From NCBI GenBank assembly GCA_964016885.1, contig OZ024749.1, positions 49,042,001-49,106,000 of the forward strand: a DNA stretch of 64,000 nt. Reading direction: 5' to 3'. Source of the DNA: Eledone cirrhosa (Eukaryota). The notes below the pieces were generated by a model. The model worked only from the letters and a program-made list of their open reading frames with translations, had not been told where the DNA came from and made no database searches. The position numbers were made by a program, and so were the translations under genes. Below, in pieces: positions 1 through 16,692 of the stretch (within the stretch, counting starts at the first letter, position 1; each line of letters starts with the position of its first letter).

Positions 1-342
1 ATACGTTATCATTTGGAATATAACATGTCTACCTGGTGTGTGGACAACGAACTTTGAGAAAATCTCTAATGCACAGCAAGATGTCTACTAGCAAATGTGA
101 GGAAACATGTAGTTTGCTGAGATGGAAGATATAGCTGAAAATTAATCTATTCGATAACGTATCGCTGGGTGTAACACACCTTTAGCTTCACACATCTATA
201 CATACATAGTTCTATATATAACAAAATGTAACAACAGATACACACACAAACACAAACAAATGCATACAATTCCTACTACCCTCCTCTCTTTTTTTTCTCT
301 CTCTCACTAATCCTCATTATCTGTTTCTCTCTCCATCTCTCC

Positions 343-446
<104 letters not shown>

Positions 447-467
447 ATGTATATATATATATATATA

Positions 468-811
<344 letters not shown>

Positions 812-1412
812 TTCGTGGAAACGCTCCCTGGCAAAGAACGGGAAAAAAACGAATATAATAGGTCATTATTTGGTGCAGTGAAAAACAATTCCACGCAAAG
901 ACAAAACTACGTTTATGGTATAAAAGAAGTCGTAGACTAATATTCTATATGTGGCAATTTCGGCTTGTATACATAAATTGCACAACACTTTCTGTATTAC
1001 AGCCCCACATTATACCCTAACGGATAGTATGAACTATACGCGGGTATTTTACGTCTTGATGTGGTAGCTAAGTATATGTTATGTTTATACCATTACTTAT
1101 TTGCATAGGTAAGTATATATTACCTGTATGTTTTGTGAAGGTACGTATACATTCTCGTACGTATATTTGATGTATATGTTATGGCGTATATATTATATAT
1201 TCTGTTACATATGCTTTTGGTTATGCGTATACGTGAGTTTTGTGTCTGTGTGAGTATGTAGGTGCGTACCAAGGAAGGGTGTGTGTATATGTGTACTTTG
1301 TGTTTTGGTTGACGTTCGTCTCCAAACATATGTGTATTTACATGTAGGTATGTGTGTGCGCGTGTTATATGCGTATTTATTTATTTATATACGTTTATTT
1401 AATTATATGTAT

Positions 1413-1500
<88 letters not shown>

Positions 1501-4500
1501 GTATTTTTTTTTTTTTAAATATATTTTTATGTGTATTTGGTGTATACTTTCGTATGCGTGCGGGTACAATTGTTCCTCTTCTTGCTGTTTGGAAGAATTT
1601 TTCTTTGATATTAAATATTCGCAACTGCGTGGAATTTACTCTTGTCAATTAGTTTTCTGGCTTTCTATCCTGATGATATCAGATGATATCATAGGGCATT
1701 TTTATTTCCCTCACCTGTATCTTTATATAACTATATCTTACGTTGCCATATTTACTACGTTTTCAATTTCGGTACTCTAAACCAAACCAAAATCCGCTGT
1801 TTTTCCTACTTGCCCTAGTTACGGATTTCATTTGGAATAACATGTTCACAGCTATGTGTATGAGGAAATTTCCTTAGCCAATTTGCATCAGTAGCAGCTT
1901 GCAAAACGTTAATATTTTGATGAATTTTCATTTAACTAATCTACATTCCATGTTAGGTTCTACCTAACAGATAATCATCTCTCCATTGAATGTCTTTCCA
2001 TATTAAATTGTTAAATATATATATTTGTTAAATATTGAGTATTGTCAATTCGTACCTGATAAATACTGAGTAAGTCGTTGTTCAAATATATTCAAGTTAC
2101 ATCAATAGCGTCGCTCTCTAGTTAGTGTATGAAATACTATGTAATCGTGGTGATGTTCATATTTTGAATGTTAGGTTAAGAGTATAATTTCGAGGACATT
2201 TGATAGCTATTGATTAAGAAAGCTGAAGATGCTGATGAATTGTGATTGTAACGACCATGCTGATGACATTAAGGATGGTGACGATGATGGTGTAATTATG
2301 ATGGAGTGATGATGACGATGATGGTCATGATAATTATGATGATGACGCTTCTGATGCTGAACAAATGACGAAGTATCACAAAAGTTCTTCAATGCACCAT
2401 CATTCCACTCATATAATATGTTTATTAGAGTTTAAGTAAGAAATCAATACGGAGTGATGTTTCTTTGAATATGTTATACATGCAACAACATAGTGGATAT
2501 ATTTCAACGCCAAACAATCAATCGGCTCTTTCTTCTTAGTGTATTTCATTGCGACCAAATTAATACTACGGATTTTGGAATTAGGTTAAGCTCCATCTGA
2601 TAGCTTATGCAATTTAATGATTAAACAGAATCCTGGAAGTCTGTTGAAGAATTTAATTATGGAGTGCCGTCCAATTAATTACATTCAAGGCTGAGCATAA
2701 TTGAGTTTCATTTTGTAATGTTATGTCGTGTTTTTATTATTTTTAAATTCAGGATAGTGACACAAGTCTAATTTTCATTTTCCTAATCATTTATGAATCA
2801 ATTTTTCTCATAAATTACTTTCTTATCAAATGAATTATCCTTTTTTTAAATGCATATTTTTACGGATGTAAAACATGAGAGGGTGTCGCCCAGATTGTTG
2901 CTGGGAGCTTTGAAGAAATACATGAAGTAAACCAATTAAAGGGATCGATTTAGCTCACCAAACTTTCCCTACATTCACAGGATTTGCTCAAAAATACAAT
3001 CAGTCAGGTCGCAAATAACCCATACATGTAGGAAAGGAATCTGTGAACACGTAATAAGTAATGACATCAACATAGAGAGTAAATACAGTACCTTTATTAT
3101 ACTTTCTATAATCCTATAGAGGAAAACTTTGTCTTTCATGCAGCCGAAGCCTATCATAAAATATATCAGTTCGAATTAGTGAACTATTGGTTATCGTTAA
3201 ATTATGAGAAAGAAAATGTGTGGTGTGTTATGTGTTCCAGCTCGGTAAAATCTGAGTCCGATCCTCTGACAAAGCAAATTTTCCGGTGTCGATAAAATAA
3301 AGCGCAGTTCAATATAATTCCTATATCTCTCAGGTTTATTAAGTTCTGCTGCAACACAATTAGAATGGACAATGTTGTCACAATTGAGTGCGTGATATAT
3401 GTCAACTTATATTCTGATATATATTTTGTTTACATTATCTGAAATAACGAATTTCCCTTATGTTGACTATAAATCCGAAGAAAAAATAAAGTTTGTGCAT
3501 TCAATGCCTTACTTAAAAGCAACCGAATATAAATGGGTTACCACTTTTAAGTTATTCATTTGGGTATGCCTCGAATCTAGAATGGTATGACGACTGGATT
3601 TCAATGGACAAAATTGATTTTGAAATTGCAATCAGAATGTATAAGAAGTGTCTTATTTAGAGTCGATATAAAACACCACTCCTGGAAACGATTGCGCTCC
3701 ACCAGGTAACAAAATGCGTTAAGAACACTGTATGTCAATGCGGTGCCCCTAATGTTCATTTCGAGTTCACAACAGTCAGATGAAGAAATATGTTAAAACA
3801 TTTGTGTCGCATTTTTCCGTATCTATTATATCAAATATTGCAGATGCTTCATCTGTTTCTATATAGAAAATATAGAATTGCAGCATTCTTCGAAGGAAAT
3901 GTGATATTACAGTAAATAATTCCTTCAACCGATTGTCTATAAATCTAGCCTCGTGTTGTGCCATCAAGATTTAGCATAAGAAACAAGTTAAAAATAGACA
4001 ACAAGTGTTTGCGTTTCCAGAATATATTCTTCTATAATGGTAGATAAAGAATAATGCTGTAGGTAGAAATTAAGCAAAGTAATTATCACGTTTTTGCAGA
4101 CTTGCAATGCTAACTTTACTACTGCAATTACCAATTACAACTTCGATCTCAGGACAATATCAGCTTTATACATTACAATAAACAATATATCTATCATTAA
4201 TACATATGTAACACCACCATCAGTGGTAACTATACTAAGGTGAAAAGCCTCCCACATTCCAAATTATCAATGATGCTCCCTGCATTTACAGAGATTTTAA
4301 ATAAACATGAAGAAGATAAATATTGCGAGTCAAAAAATACCTCGAATATATTTTTTGGCTAAAAGACAGGCAAATACGATTAAATAATACAAAAATCAGG
4401 AAGCACAGAATTGTTCACTGACATTTCTCAAATTCCAACGAAATTAGATGAATTACAAACATACATACGAACAAAAGAAAGAAAATGCGGCAATATTTAC

Positions 4501-4536
4501 ACACACACACAAACAAACATTATGTATGTATATAGG

Positions 4537-4643
<107 letters not shown>

Positions 4644-4874
4644 TATAAGAACAGATTAAAGTTTAAGCAAAGAATGTATATATGTGATCGGTGTCTGTCA
4701 GTTAAGATTTTATTTGATTTCCTTAAATACATTTTAATAATGGTATAGAGGTTTATAAAGAAAATAATATGAAAGAAACGACTATTGATAATAATGGTTT
4801 ATTATTAATACAGAAGGTTGACGACAGTGGGAGACGGGAAAGCCGATTACTCGACCTGAGTGCGTTACTGGAAC

Positions 4875-5000
4875 TACATTTTATCTTCCCGTAAGGAAGA
4901 AATGCAAAGTTAACATCAGCAGGACTCGAAATCTGAACGTAAAGAGACATAATTATATACAGCAAAGCAGGTTGTCCGACACACTTCCGATACTGTCAAT
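4875..5000 (-). mobile_element. Degenerate tRNA-derived SINE (family S1)
   Basis: Reverse-complement similarity to the 44809-44990 copy (ttttatcttcccgtaaggaagaaatgcaaagttaac...gtccgac...ccgatactgtcaatc). Confidence 0.65.
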
Positions 5001-5034
5001 CGAACATCGTTAATTATCATAATTGTTGTTGCTC

Positions 5035-5195
5035 CTTTAGCCACAAGGCCAGCAATTTGAATGGGAGGCGAAAGTCGATTAAATCAAACCCAGTATTTAC
5101 TGGTATCTTTATTTCATCGACCCCGTAAAGATGAAATGAAAAGCTAACCTCGTCGGGATTTGAACTTAGAACGTAAAGGGCAGTAACTACTATGT
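5035..5195 (-). mobile_element. SINE S1, long-tail variant, 5'-truncated
   Basis: cacaaggccagcaattt...gtcgattaaatc...tactggta...atcgaccccgtaaagatgaa...aacctcgtcgggatttgaac matches the S1 core on the minus strand. Confidence 0.8.
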
Positions 5196-6490
5196 TCATT
5201 TACTGAATGATACCAGAAACATTTAAGATTTGCTCACTGAAATTGAAACACATTTGATATCTCAATATATTCAGAATACCAGTGATTCTAGCAGTAAAAG
5301 GAATGATAAAAATGGAAAAGAAAATGGCTTGAGTATAAACGATGGCTTACCATCACTGCGAGAAGTGCAAAAAAATGTTTCCCCTAGTCTAGTACTGACC
5401 AGGTACTAGGCTAGTGAAGATCACTATCGCTCTGAGTCGGATATTCATCTATGTAAATTTTTACATAACTTTATTTGATTATATTCCATAATTATGTAAG
5501 TTGTAAATAATTGAGGCCTCTTATATGATTGATTATCTTTGTTTTAAATAAGAAACTATACAGATAATGTGCATATGTATGAAGTAAAGTTGATACATAT
5601 AAATGAGTAAGATGCATGAAGTAAACAATCAGGTGTGTTTATTGTTATGGTATATCAATGTACGCAGTGTCTCTCTCTGCCCTAGGTGCATGGAACTTCG
5701 CTCGGCAAAAAAATGAGGATGATAAAAGTGAAGGATGAGGAAAAGCGCAAATAATAATGACAATAATATTTGTTATGTAGACATAAAAATATGTGCATGA
5801 TTTTATATAGCTATCTATCTATTGATCTATATATATATCGTCAGCTGGAAATGTTTATATATACTCACACTTACGTTCTGTACATACAAAACCGAATAGA
5901 GTTTCTTAAAAGTGGATTGACTTTAACAAAAAATGACGAATATAATACTCACAAAAAAGAAAAGAGAAACAGCATAACATGAAACATATCAGAAAATAAA
6001 TAAACACCACACCAGAAAAAGCGTGCGAGAGAAAGAGAAAACGGGTTCCGGAATACGAGAGTAAAGTGTAAAAGGTCGCATAAAAAGAAAAATCTATTGA
6101 GAGTTTAAAGTTTACAACGAGAAAAACAATATGCTGCCCGCTAGATGCAAGATGTACTTCTATTGTTATTGTTTTTGAGGTACATGGTTAATCTATACAT
6201 AGATATGGGGTCTGTCGAGGAGGGTAGTGGAACCCCAGCAGCACAACATACTATGGCTGTAAAAAGTGTGGATGAACTCTACTGAGACAATGGTTATCCA
6301 CCCAACTTTTAAATTGCTTCGCCAAGGCAAAATTGATCAAATGCTGTGAGTTCGGCTACACTCCTGACATGAGCAAAACTAAACAGATATCAGTGGAGGT
6401 CGGCCATGGAAGGGTTACTCAAACAGGAGTAAGGAGGCCCTGGATTGGATATATATATATATATGTAAATAAGTATAAATTAATGTATGC

Positions 6491-6521
<31 letters not shown>

Positions 6522-6656
6522 CATACATACATACATACATGTATATATAAAGGTTAAACAAGGCTCGATGAATAAATCAAAGAATTAGTTTTACAATAGA
6601 CTACCATGACTGGATCTTAACCATCTACTATATCAGGGTATGCCATGCATCATCTT

Positions 6657-6721
6657 ATTTTATCTCATGAGGACGTACTGTTGAAGGTAGCTCAGTACCT
6701 CTGAAATATGTATAATAAAAT
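6657..6721 (+). ncRNA. Degenerate type-I hammerhead ribozyme (core G5C)
   Basis: ATTTTAT-CTCATGA-stem II (gtactg/cagtac)-GAAA-TATGTA-TA-ATAAAAT. The 7-bp stem I is intact and the core has one substitution. Confidence 0.55.
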
Positions 6722-6847
6722 ATACTTGATGACAATGAAGTTCTATTTTTGTTAATGTTTTGAATGAATATATACATATATATATATATATATACATATC
6801 TAAATACATATATATCTACGTATACAGATGTATGTATTCATACTTAC

Positions 6848-6886
<39 letters not shown>

Positions 6887-6934
6887 TATATATGTATGTA
6901 TATACGTATGTATGTGTATATAATTCATATTTAC

Positions 6935-6970
<36 letters not shown>

Positions 6971-6998
6971 GTAAGTATGAATGTTGTATACATACATA

Positions 6999-7102
<104 letters not shown>

Positions 7103-7103
7103 A

Positions 7104-7136
<33 letters not shown>

Positions 7137-7339
7137 AATATTTCAATGTATGAATCAAACTGGTTTTTAACAGTTTCAACTACCCCGTTGCCCTCATCAC
7201 CATTCCTCTAAAATGAATATGTACCCTCATTTTAATGAACAACCTAATCGTTGTCGTCGGTATATCGTTTAGGTCACTATGACAATAAAAATTGAATGTT
7301 CACTAAAATTATCGCAGCGTTAGGAATAAAAACATCTGT

Positions 7340-9060
7340 GTCATAATCACTATCATCAGATTTACCTTAATGATATTGGTGATGATAATGATGATAGTGA
7401 TGACGATGCTGATGGTGATAATAATTGTAATGGGCGTGGTGGTCATGATTCATGGAGGTGACTCTAATTATATTGGTGTTGGTGGAGATAGAGATGTTGC
7501 TTATGATGAGTAAGATGATGGTGGTTGTGATTATGACGATACCGGTGGTGATTGCACAGCGATTATATAATCATCATCATCATCATCATCATCATTGTCG
7601 CCATCATCTTCATCATCATCATCCTCATCATCATCAACATCATCATCATCACCACCAACAACGCTGTCATCATGATAATTAGTACTAAGATCTCTAGTAT
7701 CAGAATACTGATATTCTTAATCTCCAATTCAAAACTGATAACATATGCATCAAGGAAATCACATCACAAGTCGCATTGATCGTGAAAAAAACATCAGTGA
7801 AATTAATAAAAGAACATCTCTAAATCCCTTATCACAAGTATCATCATTTTAATCATCGCAATCATTTTACTCCTTATCATCATCTTCACTCTCATCAGCA
7901 CTGGCGGTTAGGCCATCACCGTTATTTTCATGCACCTGGTAATCACCATCCTCTTAATCATCACAACCGACATAATTACTCTTATCATCAATATCGATGG
8001 CACACATGTTTTTTACATCAGTAACATCTTCAAACTCCTCATTATAATATCCATCATCTTCGTTCCACTAACCTTCAGAATCCTCATCACCAGCATCATT
8101 TTAATCAACGTCCCTATAATCTCCCATCTCATTTTCATAATAATTAGCATAACTATGGTCATAGTGGTTAATTTTATTGTAATTTCATAATCATTATTTT
8201 AATCAATATCATATTCATCAGGCTTTTTATCATAACTACCAACGATTACTTCCTTTTAATCCTCCTCCTTCTGCACCTCATCACCATTATCATCATCATC
8301 GTCGTCACAATTATCAATACCATTATCTTCATCATTATCATATTGTATATCATCGACGTCATCATCACCAACAGCATCATCAACATCTACAGCATCATCA
8401 TCATCATCATCATCATCATCCGTATTATTACCAACAATGTCCTCCTCAAATCATCACTGTCATCATTGACAATATCATTATTCACATCACCGTCATCAGC
8501 ATCGACAAACGCATCACCACATCTTACACTATCATTATCATCATCATCATGAAAATTATCGTCATTCATCATCAAATCACAAGAAACACAACCAACACCA
8601 CCACTAAAGGTAGTATCATCCCCAACATCTTTTTTTAAACATTTATGTTATCATTATAATCTTGATTGTAATCATAATCGCTTTCTCAATATCACTAAAG
8701 CTATCATCAATCATCTGTGACCCCTTTTTTTGCTCTATGGCTATAAATATTTCAACTTAAGAATGATACCAACATTATCCGAATCACCTGTAACTTCAAA
8801 CACCACTGGTATCTCCGATAAACCAAGCATAAAAATAACGGTTACTCACATAGAGCGGACCCACATTCTCACATCTTTTATCAACTTCAGCATCGTGAAT
8901 CACCGTTATCAAAAAATATTAGCACTGTAATGATAACCAATATCATCCTCAAATATGATCATCATTAACGTCATGAATTTTATCATCACAATCATCATTA
9001 ACACAACCACCATCATCAGTACAAACATCGCCATCGACAATACCATTACCATTAATGCTA
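7340..9060. repeat. Long degenerate (CAT/ATC)n and (GAT)n low-complexity tract
   Basis: Repeated catcatcat/gatgat with decay. The poly-H/I/S/D ORFs here are repeat translations. Confidence 0.9.
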
Positions 9061-9088
9061 CAGTTAGCAGCAGCAGCTTGAACATCAT

Positions 9089-9935
9089 TGGATTGGCAGT
9101 ATCGGTAGAGGGTCGGACACCATGCTTTCCAGCATAGTTACGTCCCTTTACGATATGAGTTCAAGTCCCGCCGAGGTTGACTTTGTCTTTCATCCTTACG
9201 GGGTTGATAAGATAAAGTACCAGTAATGCACTGGGTGTTTGCTGGCCTTGTGCCTAAAGTAGAAACAAGTATAATATTTACCAACCAAACAATAATTGTT
9301 TCTACTATAGGCACAATGCCAGCAAATATCCCAGTTCATTACTGGTACTTTATTTGATCGACCCCGCAAGGATGAAAAGCAAAGTTAACCTCGGCGGGAT
9401 TTGAACTCAGATCGTAAAGGGACGTAACTATGCTGGAATTCATTTCCGACCCTCTACCTATACTGCTAATTCACCAACCAAACAATAATTGTTTCTACTT
9501 TAGGCACAAGGCCAGCAATTACCCAGTACATTACTGGTACTTTATTTTATCAACCCCGTAAGGATGAAAGGCAAAGTCAACCTCGGCAGGACATGAACTC
9601 AGATCGTAAAGGGACGTAACTATGCTGGAAATCATGGTGTCCGACCCTCTACCGATACCGCCAATCCAATGTGGTTCAAGCTGATGCACTGGGTAGTTGC
9701 TGGCCTTGTGCCTAAAGTAGAAACAAGTATAATATTTACCAACCAAACAATAATTGTTTCTACTATTGGCACAAGGCCAGCAAGTATCCCAATACATTAC
9801 TGGTAGTTTATTATATCGACCCCGTAATGATGAAAGGCAAAGTGAACCTCGGCGGGATTTGAACGCAGATAGTAAAGGGACGTAACTATGCTGGAAAGTA
9901 TGTCCGACCATCTACCGATACTGCCAATTCACCAG
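9089..9935. mobile_element. Cluster of S1 SINEs: + copy 9089-9268; - copies about 9295-9475, 9485-9668 and 9750-9932; + tail fragment 9685-9728
   Basis: Each full copy matches ggattggcagtatcggtagagggtcggac...gagttcaaatcccgccgaggttgactttgcctttcatccttacgggg...gtaccagtaatgcactggg...ggccttgtgcctaaagtagaaac. 9227-9475 is duplicated at 9685-9935. Confidence 0.9.
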
Positions 9936-10216
9936 CCAAACATTAATAATAGGTAACAATGATTTGGTAGAAAAAAAAGTAATCTTTACATTTCCAGAAT
10001 AGAGAATATAAAACTGTCATCGACTGAAATGTGATTGCAGAATCAGTAATTGATACAAGTGAGATTAGTAAAACACTATTTACAATTGCTTTACGAGCAC
10101 GTGTCTTTTGTAGTTTATATTATGTCTTACTCTATCTCTCTCTCGCTTTTCCTCTGTATAATTTTGTCTCACAATCTTTCATTCTCTATCTGTTCCCCTA
10201 TCACTCACTCACAGTC

Positions 10217-10420
<204 letters not shown>

Positions 10421-10568
10421 ACACACACATACGCATACATACACACGCACCCGCACACCCACACAAAACACGGGCTTTTAAATAGTTATATATATATATG
10501 CTATCCTTGCAGAGCCCTCTTCGGATTTTAGGCTTCACATTTATTATTATTACTATATGTACATACAT

Positions 10569-10620
<52 letters not shown>

Positions 10621-11863
10621 GTTTGTATGTATGTATTCCTTCTTACGTATAATTTCACTATTTCACCCTTTCTTTCTTTACTTTAACCAATGTAGTTATA
10701 ATCTCGGAATTGCATGGATTATCTCTCTTGATTAAATTAATTCCAATCGTCATATTTAAAATGCAAGACTGAGTTTCCCCTCTGCGATATTTTGTTTACA
10801 CAGGACTATTTTTCTAATGTTCGATTGACCCAAAATAACGGAGTTTTGAAATGAATCCTTAACAACATTGCCATGACTGCACATGGTAAACTATGGAGGT
10901 ATTCATTGTTTATGTCTTTCAAACTACTATTAAGACCGTGAGTTAAACATCCTATCACACACAAAACAATTATCGCATATTTGACACATGAGCTTATAAA
11001 GCAATTTTAAGCTTGGAATCACTCAGGAAACTGAAAGCCTTTTTGTTTGCCTGAGTGCTATTAATAATTATTTATGATGTCTTTGAAAATATCACACAAA
11101 TCTCCAAGGATTTAACTTGCGGAACAATGTGCCAGTTCCCAGCAAACCAAGAAAGTGAAGAATTATTGATTTTCGTTTAATGATTTTTTTTTTCTCATCG
11201 TTAGAAAGTGAGATGAATCGTCACATATCGATTCGGGTATATACAATATCAATGGATAGAACGGTTTAAATGTTATAAACTTCATAGCTTCAGCATAGTC
11301 GGGGATAATTATCTATTTTGATTGGTTCTATTTTGATTGCTATGGAATAGTTTATTCTGCTAAGAAATGAATGTACCTCTCACAAGGAAGGTGATTACAA
11401 TTTAAACTCATACAGAAGCCTGGGTTAAACGGAATATAAACTAAAATATACCAGATACAGAACATTTGACTGGTCTCCACAACATTCTACTCAGACACGT
11501 GTATCTCTTCACACATTTGAGTAATACGTTAGGATGTATGCAAATGTAAAATGGAATCATACAGGAGAACAATTGTGTGTGTTTAGTATACCGATGTAAA
11601 TAGGGAGATGACCTCTATTAAAAAGGTACTCAATACGTTAGATTTATGTATATTCATTTTATTATACAAAATGAATTCTATAGGACAAGAACTGTTTCAT
11701 TTGTAACATAGTTAGGTAAACATTCGATTGCACCGCGAGGATGTTCCATTTACTTCCATATCGATATTTTAACGCAGTTACCAACTACATTTAATAGTTC
11801 ATCATATTTTCAAGCAAATCTGTTGTAGGGTTATAGTAATTCTATTTTTTTGTTTTCGTTTTT

Positions 11864-12046
11864 ATTGTTTCTACTTTTGGCACAAGGCCATCAATTATTC
11901 CAGTGCATTACTGGTAATTTATTTTATCGACCCCATAAGGATGAAAGGCAGAGTTAACCTCGGTGGGATTTGAACTCAGATCATAAAGTGAAATAACTCT
12001 ATGCTGCAAAGCATGGCGTCCGATCCTCTACCGATACTGCCAACCC
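11864..12046 (-). mobile_element. SINE S1, near full length
   Basis: Reverse complement of the S1 consensus from attgtttctact to ccgatactgccaaccc. Confidence 0.9.
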
Positions 12047-13287
12047 ACTGACGATTTTATTGTAATTATATATGTGGTTACTATTTAGATTCTCTAATGT
12101 TTATTTCTACCAGGTTTCTAAACATTAATTCATAATTATTTAATTTATCATTTTATATACTTATTCCTGTTGATTCTCTACATCATATGTTGTACATATT
12201 TCATTAAACAATTTTCTTTTCACTCCTTTTCTTTCAGAATGTATATTTTGATTTGCATTTGTTTTCTACATCTTCGAAAATTTAGATAGAAGTTCATTAA
12301 TAATCCATTACGTTGGTGTCTCCAGAAAAAGAATAACTATTTACTTATTGTCTTGATTCTCATTTTCCTTCCTGCGATTTTTGTAATATTCATTTCTTAT
12401 TGTTTTTCAAAGTTCTACTAGAAACAAAGATAAAGGAAAATTAATTTCTACTGTATTCTTTAGCATTTACTAGGGATATAATTAGTTGCACACAAACACA
12501 CACATAATCTTTCCTTTCCTCTCACTCTCTCTTTATATATATACATATATACGTGAGCTGATAATCTACTGTGTGTAATATTTATATTACAACACAACGG
12601 AAAATACTGTATATATATATATATAAATTTGTGTGTTTATATTACTGTAGCTTTTGTTCTAATGAAATTATTTGTTGTCAGGTTTCATTGTATGCTTTCG
12701 TAATTTCCTCTTGCTGTTATCACGATAATCAGTTGTGTCATTATTATAGTTGTCTTTTGTTTCTCATTTACATTTTATAAACGTACGTGAGATTTGATTA
12801 ATGAGTAGGGAAATAAATATTTGTACGTTGTTTTTTTATATCTCTATTAGTGATTTGTTTTCTTTTTACCGTTTGTTTAAATATTTCCCTTTTTCTAATA
12901 TCTCTACTCCCGATCTTCAGATTTTTTATATAAGTTGATGGGGAAGAAGATTCTATTTAGAATTATAATTAAAAATTTAATCGAAAAATCTCCTTGTTAA
13001 ATCCACTTCTTCCATTTATAACTTTTAATGAGCAAATTCTCAATGCTTTCCACCTTACCACTATGTTAAAATTAAATTATCTAAGATGCATGTCAATTTG
13101 CATGACATAAGCTTCGTGATAGACGTGGGAAAATATATTATTATACGCCTTACATTTCTCTCTTTTAGTCAAATTTCCATCTCTTACGTTTGATTTTATT
13201 ATGAACCACATATTTTGCCTTAGTTTAATAATTAAAATTACTTATTGACACTTTTCATGCAGATATTTCTACAACAGGAGAAATACA

Positions 13288-13324
<37 letters not shown>

Positions 13325-13999
13325 GGGATAACACAATATCGTTATACGTAATCCAGTTAGATGTTGTGAATACTTCTTTTTATGGATAATTTTAGCGTAC
13401 GGCTTTGTTTGACTCAACAAGAGGTTTACGTAGGTGGCGAGTTTATGATTTAACGTGTATTCCCATGTAAGTTCATCTTGGAGTAATACAATTGAAAAAG
13501 TGGAGAGTAACATGTTCAACAGTACAACGAAAGGGAATTTATTTACAGTCTAAATATTTATTATAGTCTCTGATGACATGATTGAGATAGCATCGTATTT
13601 AAAATTGAGTTGCACTGATTCTAGTGTTCAGCAATTTTTAGACAACTCAATCAAAGAAAACAATGTTAGACTGTAAATAAATTCCCCCTCTTTTTACTGT
13701 TGAACATGTTATTCTTCACGTTTACAATTTTATATATATATATATATATAATGAAAGAGAGAGGTGGAGAAAGAAACAGTGATAGGGAAGAAGAGCGAAA
13801 GCACATAATTTCCTTCGTATTCATATTATGCGAAGAAAGCAATATAGAAAATACTTTTAACGTAAACTGGTAAGCATTTTCTTGAATATATTCAAACAAC
13901 ACGGGTGTGTGAAATCAACAAACATATCAACAAACATATCACATAAAATTTTCCGATGGAAGCATAATCACTTGAACACTTCTTTCTTTCTCTCTCTCG

Positions 14000-14047
<48 letters not shown>

Positions 14048-14837
14048 ATATATATAGGAAAGAGGAGGGCAATTATGACAACATTATATATATCATTAGG
14101 CGGTGGGATATAAAAGCGTGATGGGGTCATATGCAAGCAGTGTACACAGCGTAACTTGTTTTAAAGCCAATACAACATACTCATAATTTGTGCTTCTTCC
14201 CCTATGTATACAGTCCAAGTTAACACTTTTGATGCTATAGTGTTTAGTTTCTTTACATGAGTTGTTCAACTGTTCTTATAGTACGCCAATAAAAGCAAAA
14301 GAAAGTAGAAAATTTAGATATAATAAGGAACGAACTATTATTTCACAAATAATAAAGGGGATAAGTTATATGTGCAAATAGGCATATTTACAAAGAATCA
14401 TCTCTAACTTAGATATACAAAATTGTATTGGTGTGATAGTGCAGGGATGAAACAATATCAATTTGTATTACGTTAAGGATGATAAATACTATGAAGAAAG
14501 TCACAACTGAGCAAGCTAGATTCAAAGGAAACCGAAACAAATGTACGGAAAACCTACATTATAAAAGAGAATATGAATATGAACCATCTCCTAGTATAAT
14601 GGTTGCTATTCCTGATAGACATAACAAGTGAATGAGCTGCCCCCAATGATGTTTCAACGACGTCACCACTTATGTAATTTGATATAAAATAAACAAATGT
14701 AGACTAAGTTTCTCCTCAGGTACATACATAAAAACATACTTGCATACATCTGTGTGTGAGTGTATGCGTACAATTATTTAAACACAGCTGTCAGAAAGTT
14801 CAGCTTGATATCCAATTTTATGTTAAACATATAGGGC

Positions 14838-15194
<357 letters not shown>

Positions 15195-15397
15195 TTTTAC
15201 TCTTCATTACGCTCACTCGACTGGAGTCAATGTATACTATGGCCTTAACATGATTTATTTAATTATATTTGCCTAAGGACATAATTCTTTCAAGTATTAT
15301 ACTTATTATATCGGATGGTGGTTTCGAGCTGCTAAGTTAACGTAAACAAACCTTAAATGTAAGCATATACAGCGGTAAACACACACACACACACACA

Positions 15398-15447
<50 letters not shown>

Positions 15448-16017
15448 CTGTGTATGTATGTATGTGTGTGTGTGTGTATTTATACATAAACCTGAATATG
15501 CTCATATCCGTATATAACCCTATACAACTGTTTGTTTTGTATATATTTTATTTATTTTAGTTTAATGCGCGGCGAATGGACCAACACGAGAGCAGACGAA
15601 ACATAAAAATAACATCAATACTCCACATCGCTTCTGAAAGAGCAGATGTTATGAAATGTTGTATGTGCAAATATATAAGGAACCACACTTGGTGAATGAA
15701 CAGGCAGCGCCTCAAATATATTTATTTATTATTCTTTTGTAAATAGACTTCTTTAAGAAACTCTCCTGCAAATTGCAAGACAGCACACTAACCCTGCAGT
15801 AGTCTGTGATGTCAGGCAGTGAGATTATTTCATCACATCTATTTCTGTTGCTTTTATCAATATCATGAAAACATAAAAATCCACCAGTACCTAATATTTT
15901 GGTTTGTCTTTAAACATCACATGCTTTTCCAGCTCGAAGTTTGTAGTATCATATTGCAAATTTACACAGCCGTTCATAGAATATAATACAATATAAACAG
16001 GGAGGTAAATTGATATT

Positions 16018-16087
<70 letters not shown>

Positions 16088-16166
16088 TACACACATATAT
16101 ATATACATATATATATATATATACATATATACACACATATATATATACATATATATACATACACAT

Positions 16167-16219
<53 letters not shown>

Positions 16220-16546
16220 TAGATAGAGAGAGAGAGAAAGAGAGGAGAGTGAGGGGCAGAGAGAGCGAGAGAGAGATATACAATTGTATACGTGAGAAAT
16301 ATACGTATGTATATATGGGTCGTGTAACATTATGTGTAGTTAAGGCTGAAAACTTAAAACAGCTACCAGAGGAAGATAACCACGGGAGCAAGCACAGCTT
16401 TCCTTGTATCGCTACAGACAAGAGACGAACATATGTCTGTTGCCTCACTTTCAAAATACCCTAAGTATATATTCTGCCAGTATTTAATTATTCTACTGTA
16501 TGCATGTATTTCCTTCTTTTTAATAGGATCTATTCCACAAGGCATG

Positions 16547-16578
<32 letters not shown>

Positions 16579-16655
16579 ATATATATACAAATATATACGT
16601 ATATATATAGGAACCAGTAAGACCCCGACAGCTGAGCTCAAGCCGTTTCGACGGC

Positions 16656-16689
<34 letters not shown>

Positions 16690-16692
<3 letters not shown>

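Noticed and set aside
870-1060. CNLCIQAE peptide on the minus strand resembling the Naiad CxxC motif
   Set aside because: The flanking residues do not match the GIY-YIG pattern; probably chance.
1665-1700. CTGATGA followed by a tatc/gata hairpin
   Set aside because: No GAAA box or stem III follows, so it cannot be called an HHR.
2850-4020. Repeat-poor stretch with short minus-strand ORFs
   Set aside because: No recognisable domain and no consistent splice structure.
6200-6450. GC-richer segment with a ttactc/gagtaa hairpin, possible LINE 5' end
   Set aside because: I could not assign a family or complete a ribozyme fold.
9089-9935. tRNA genes or a CRISPR-like array suggested by repeated blocks and A/B boxes
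   Set aside because: No cloverleaf and no repeat-spacer periodicity. These are SINE copies in a eukaryotic context.
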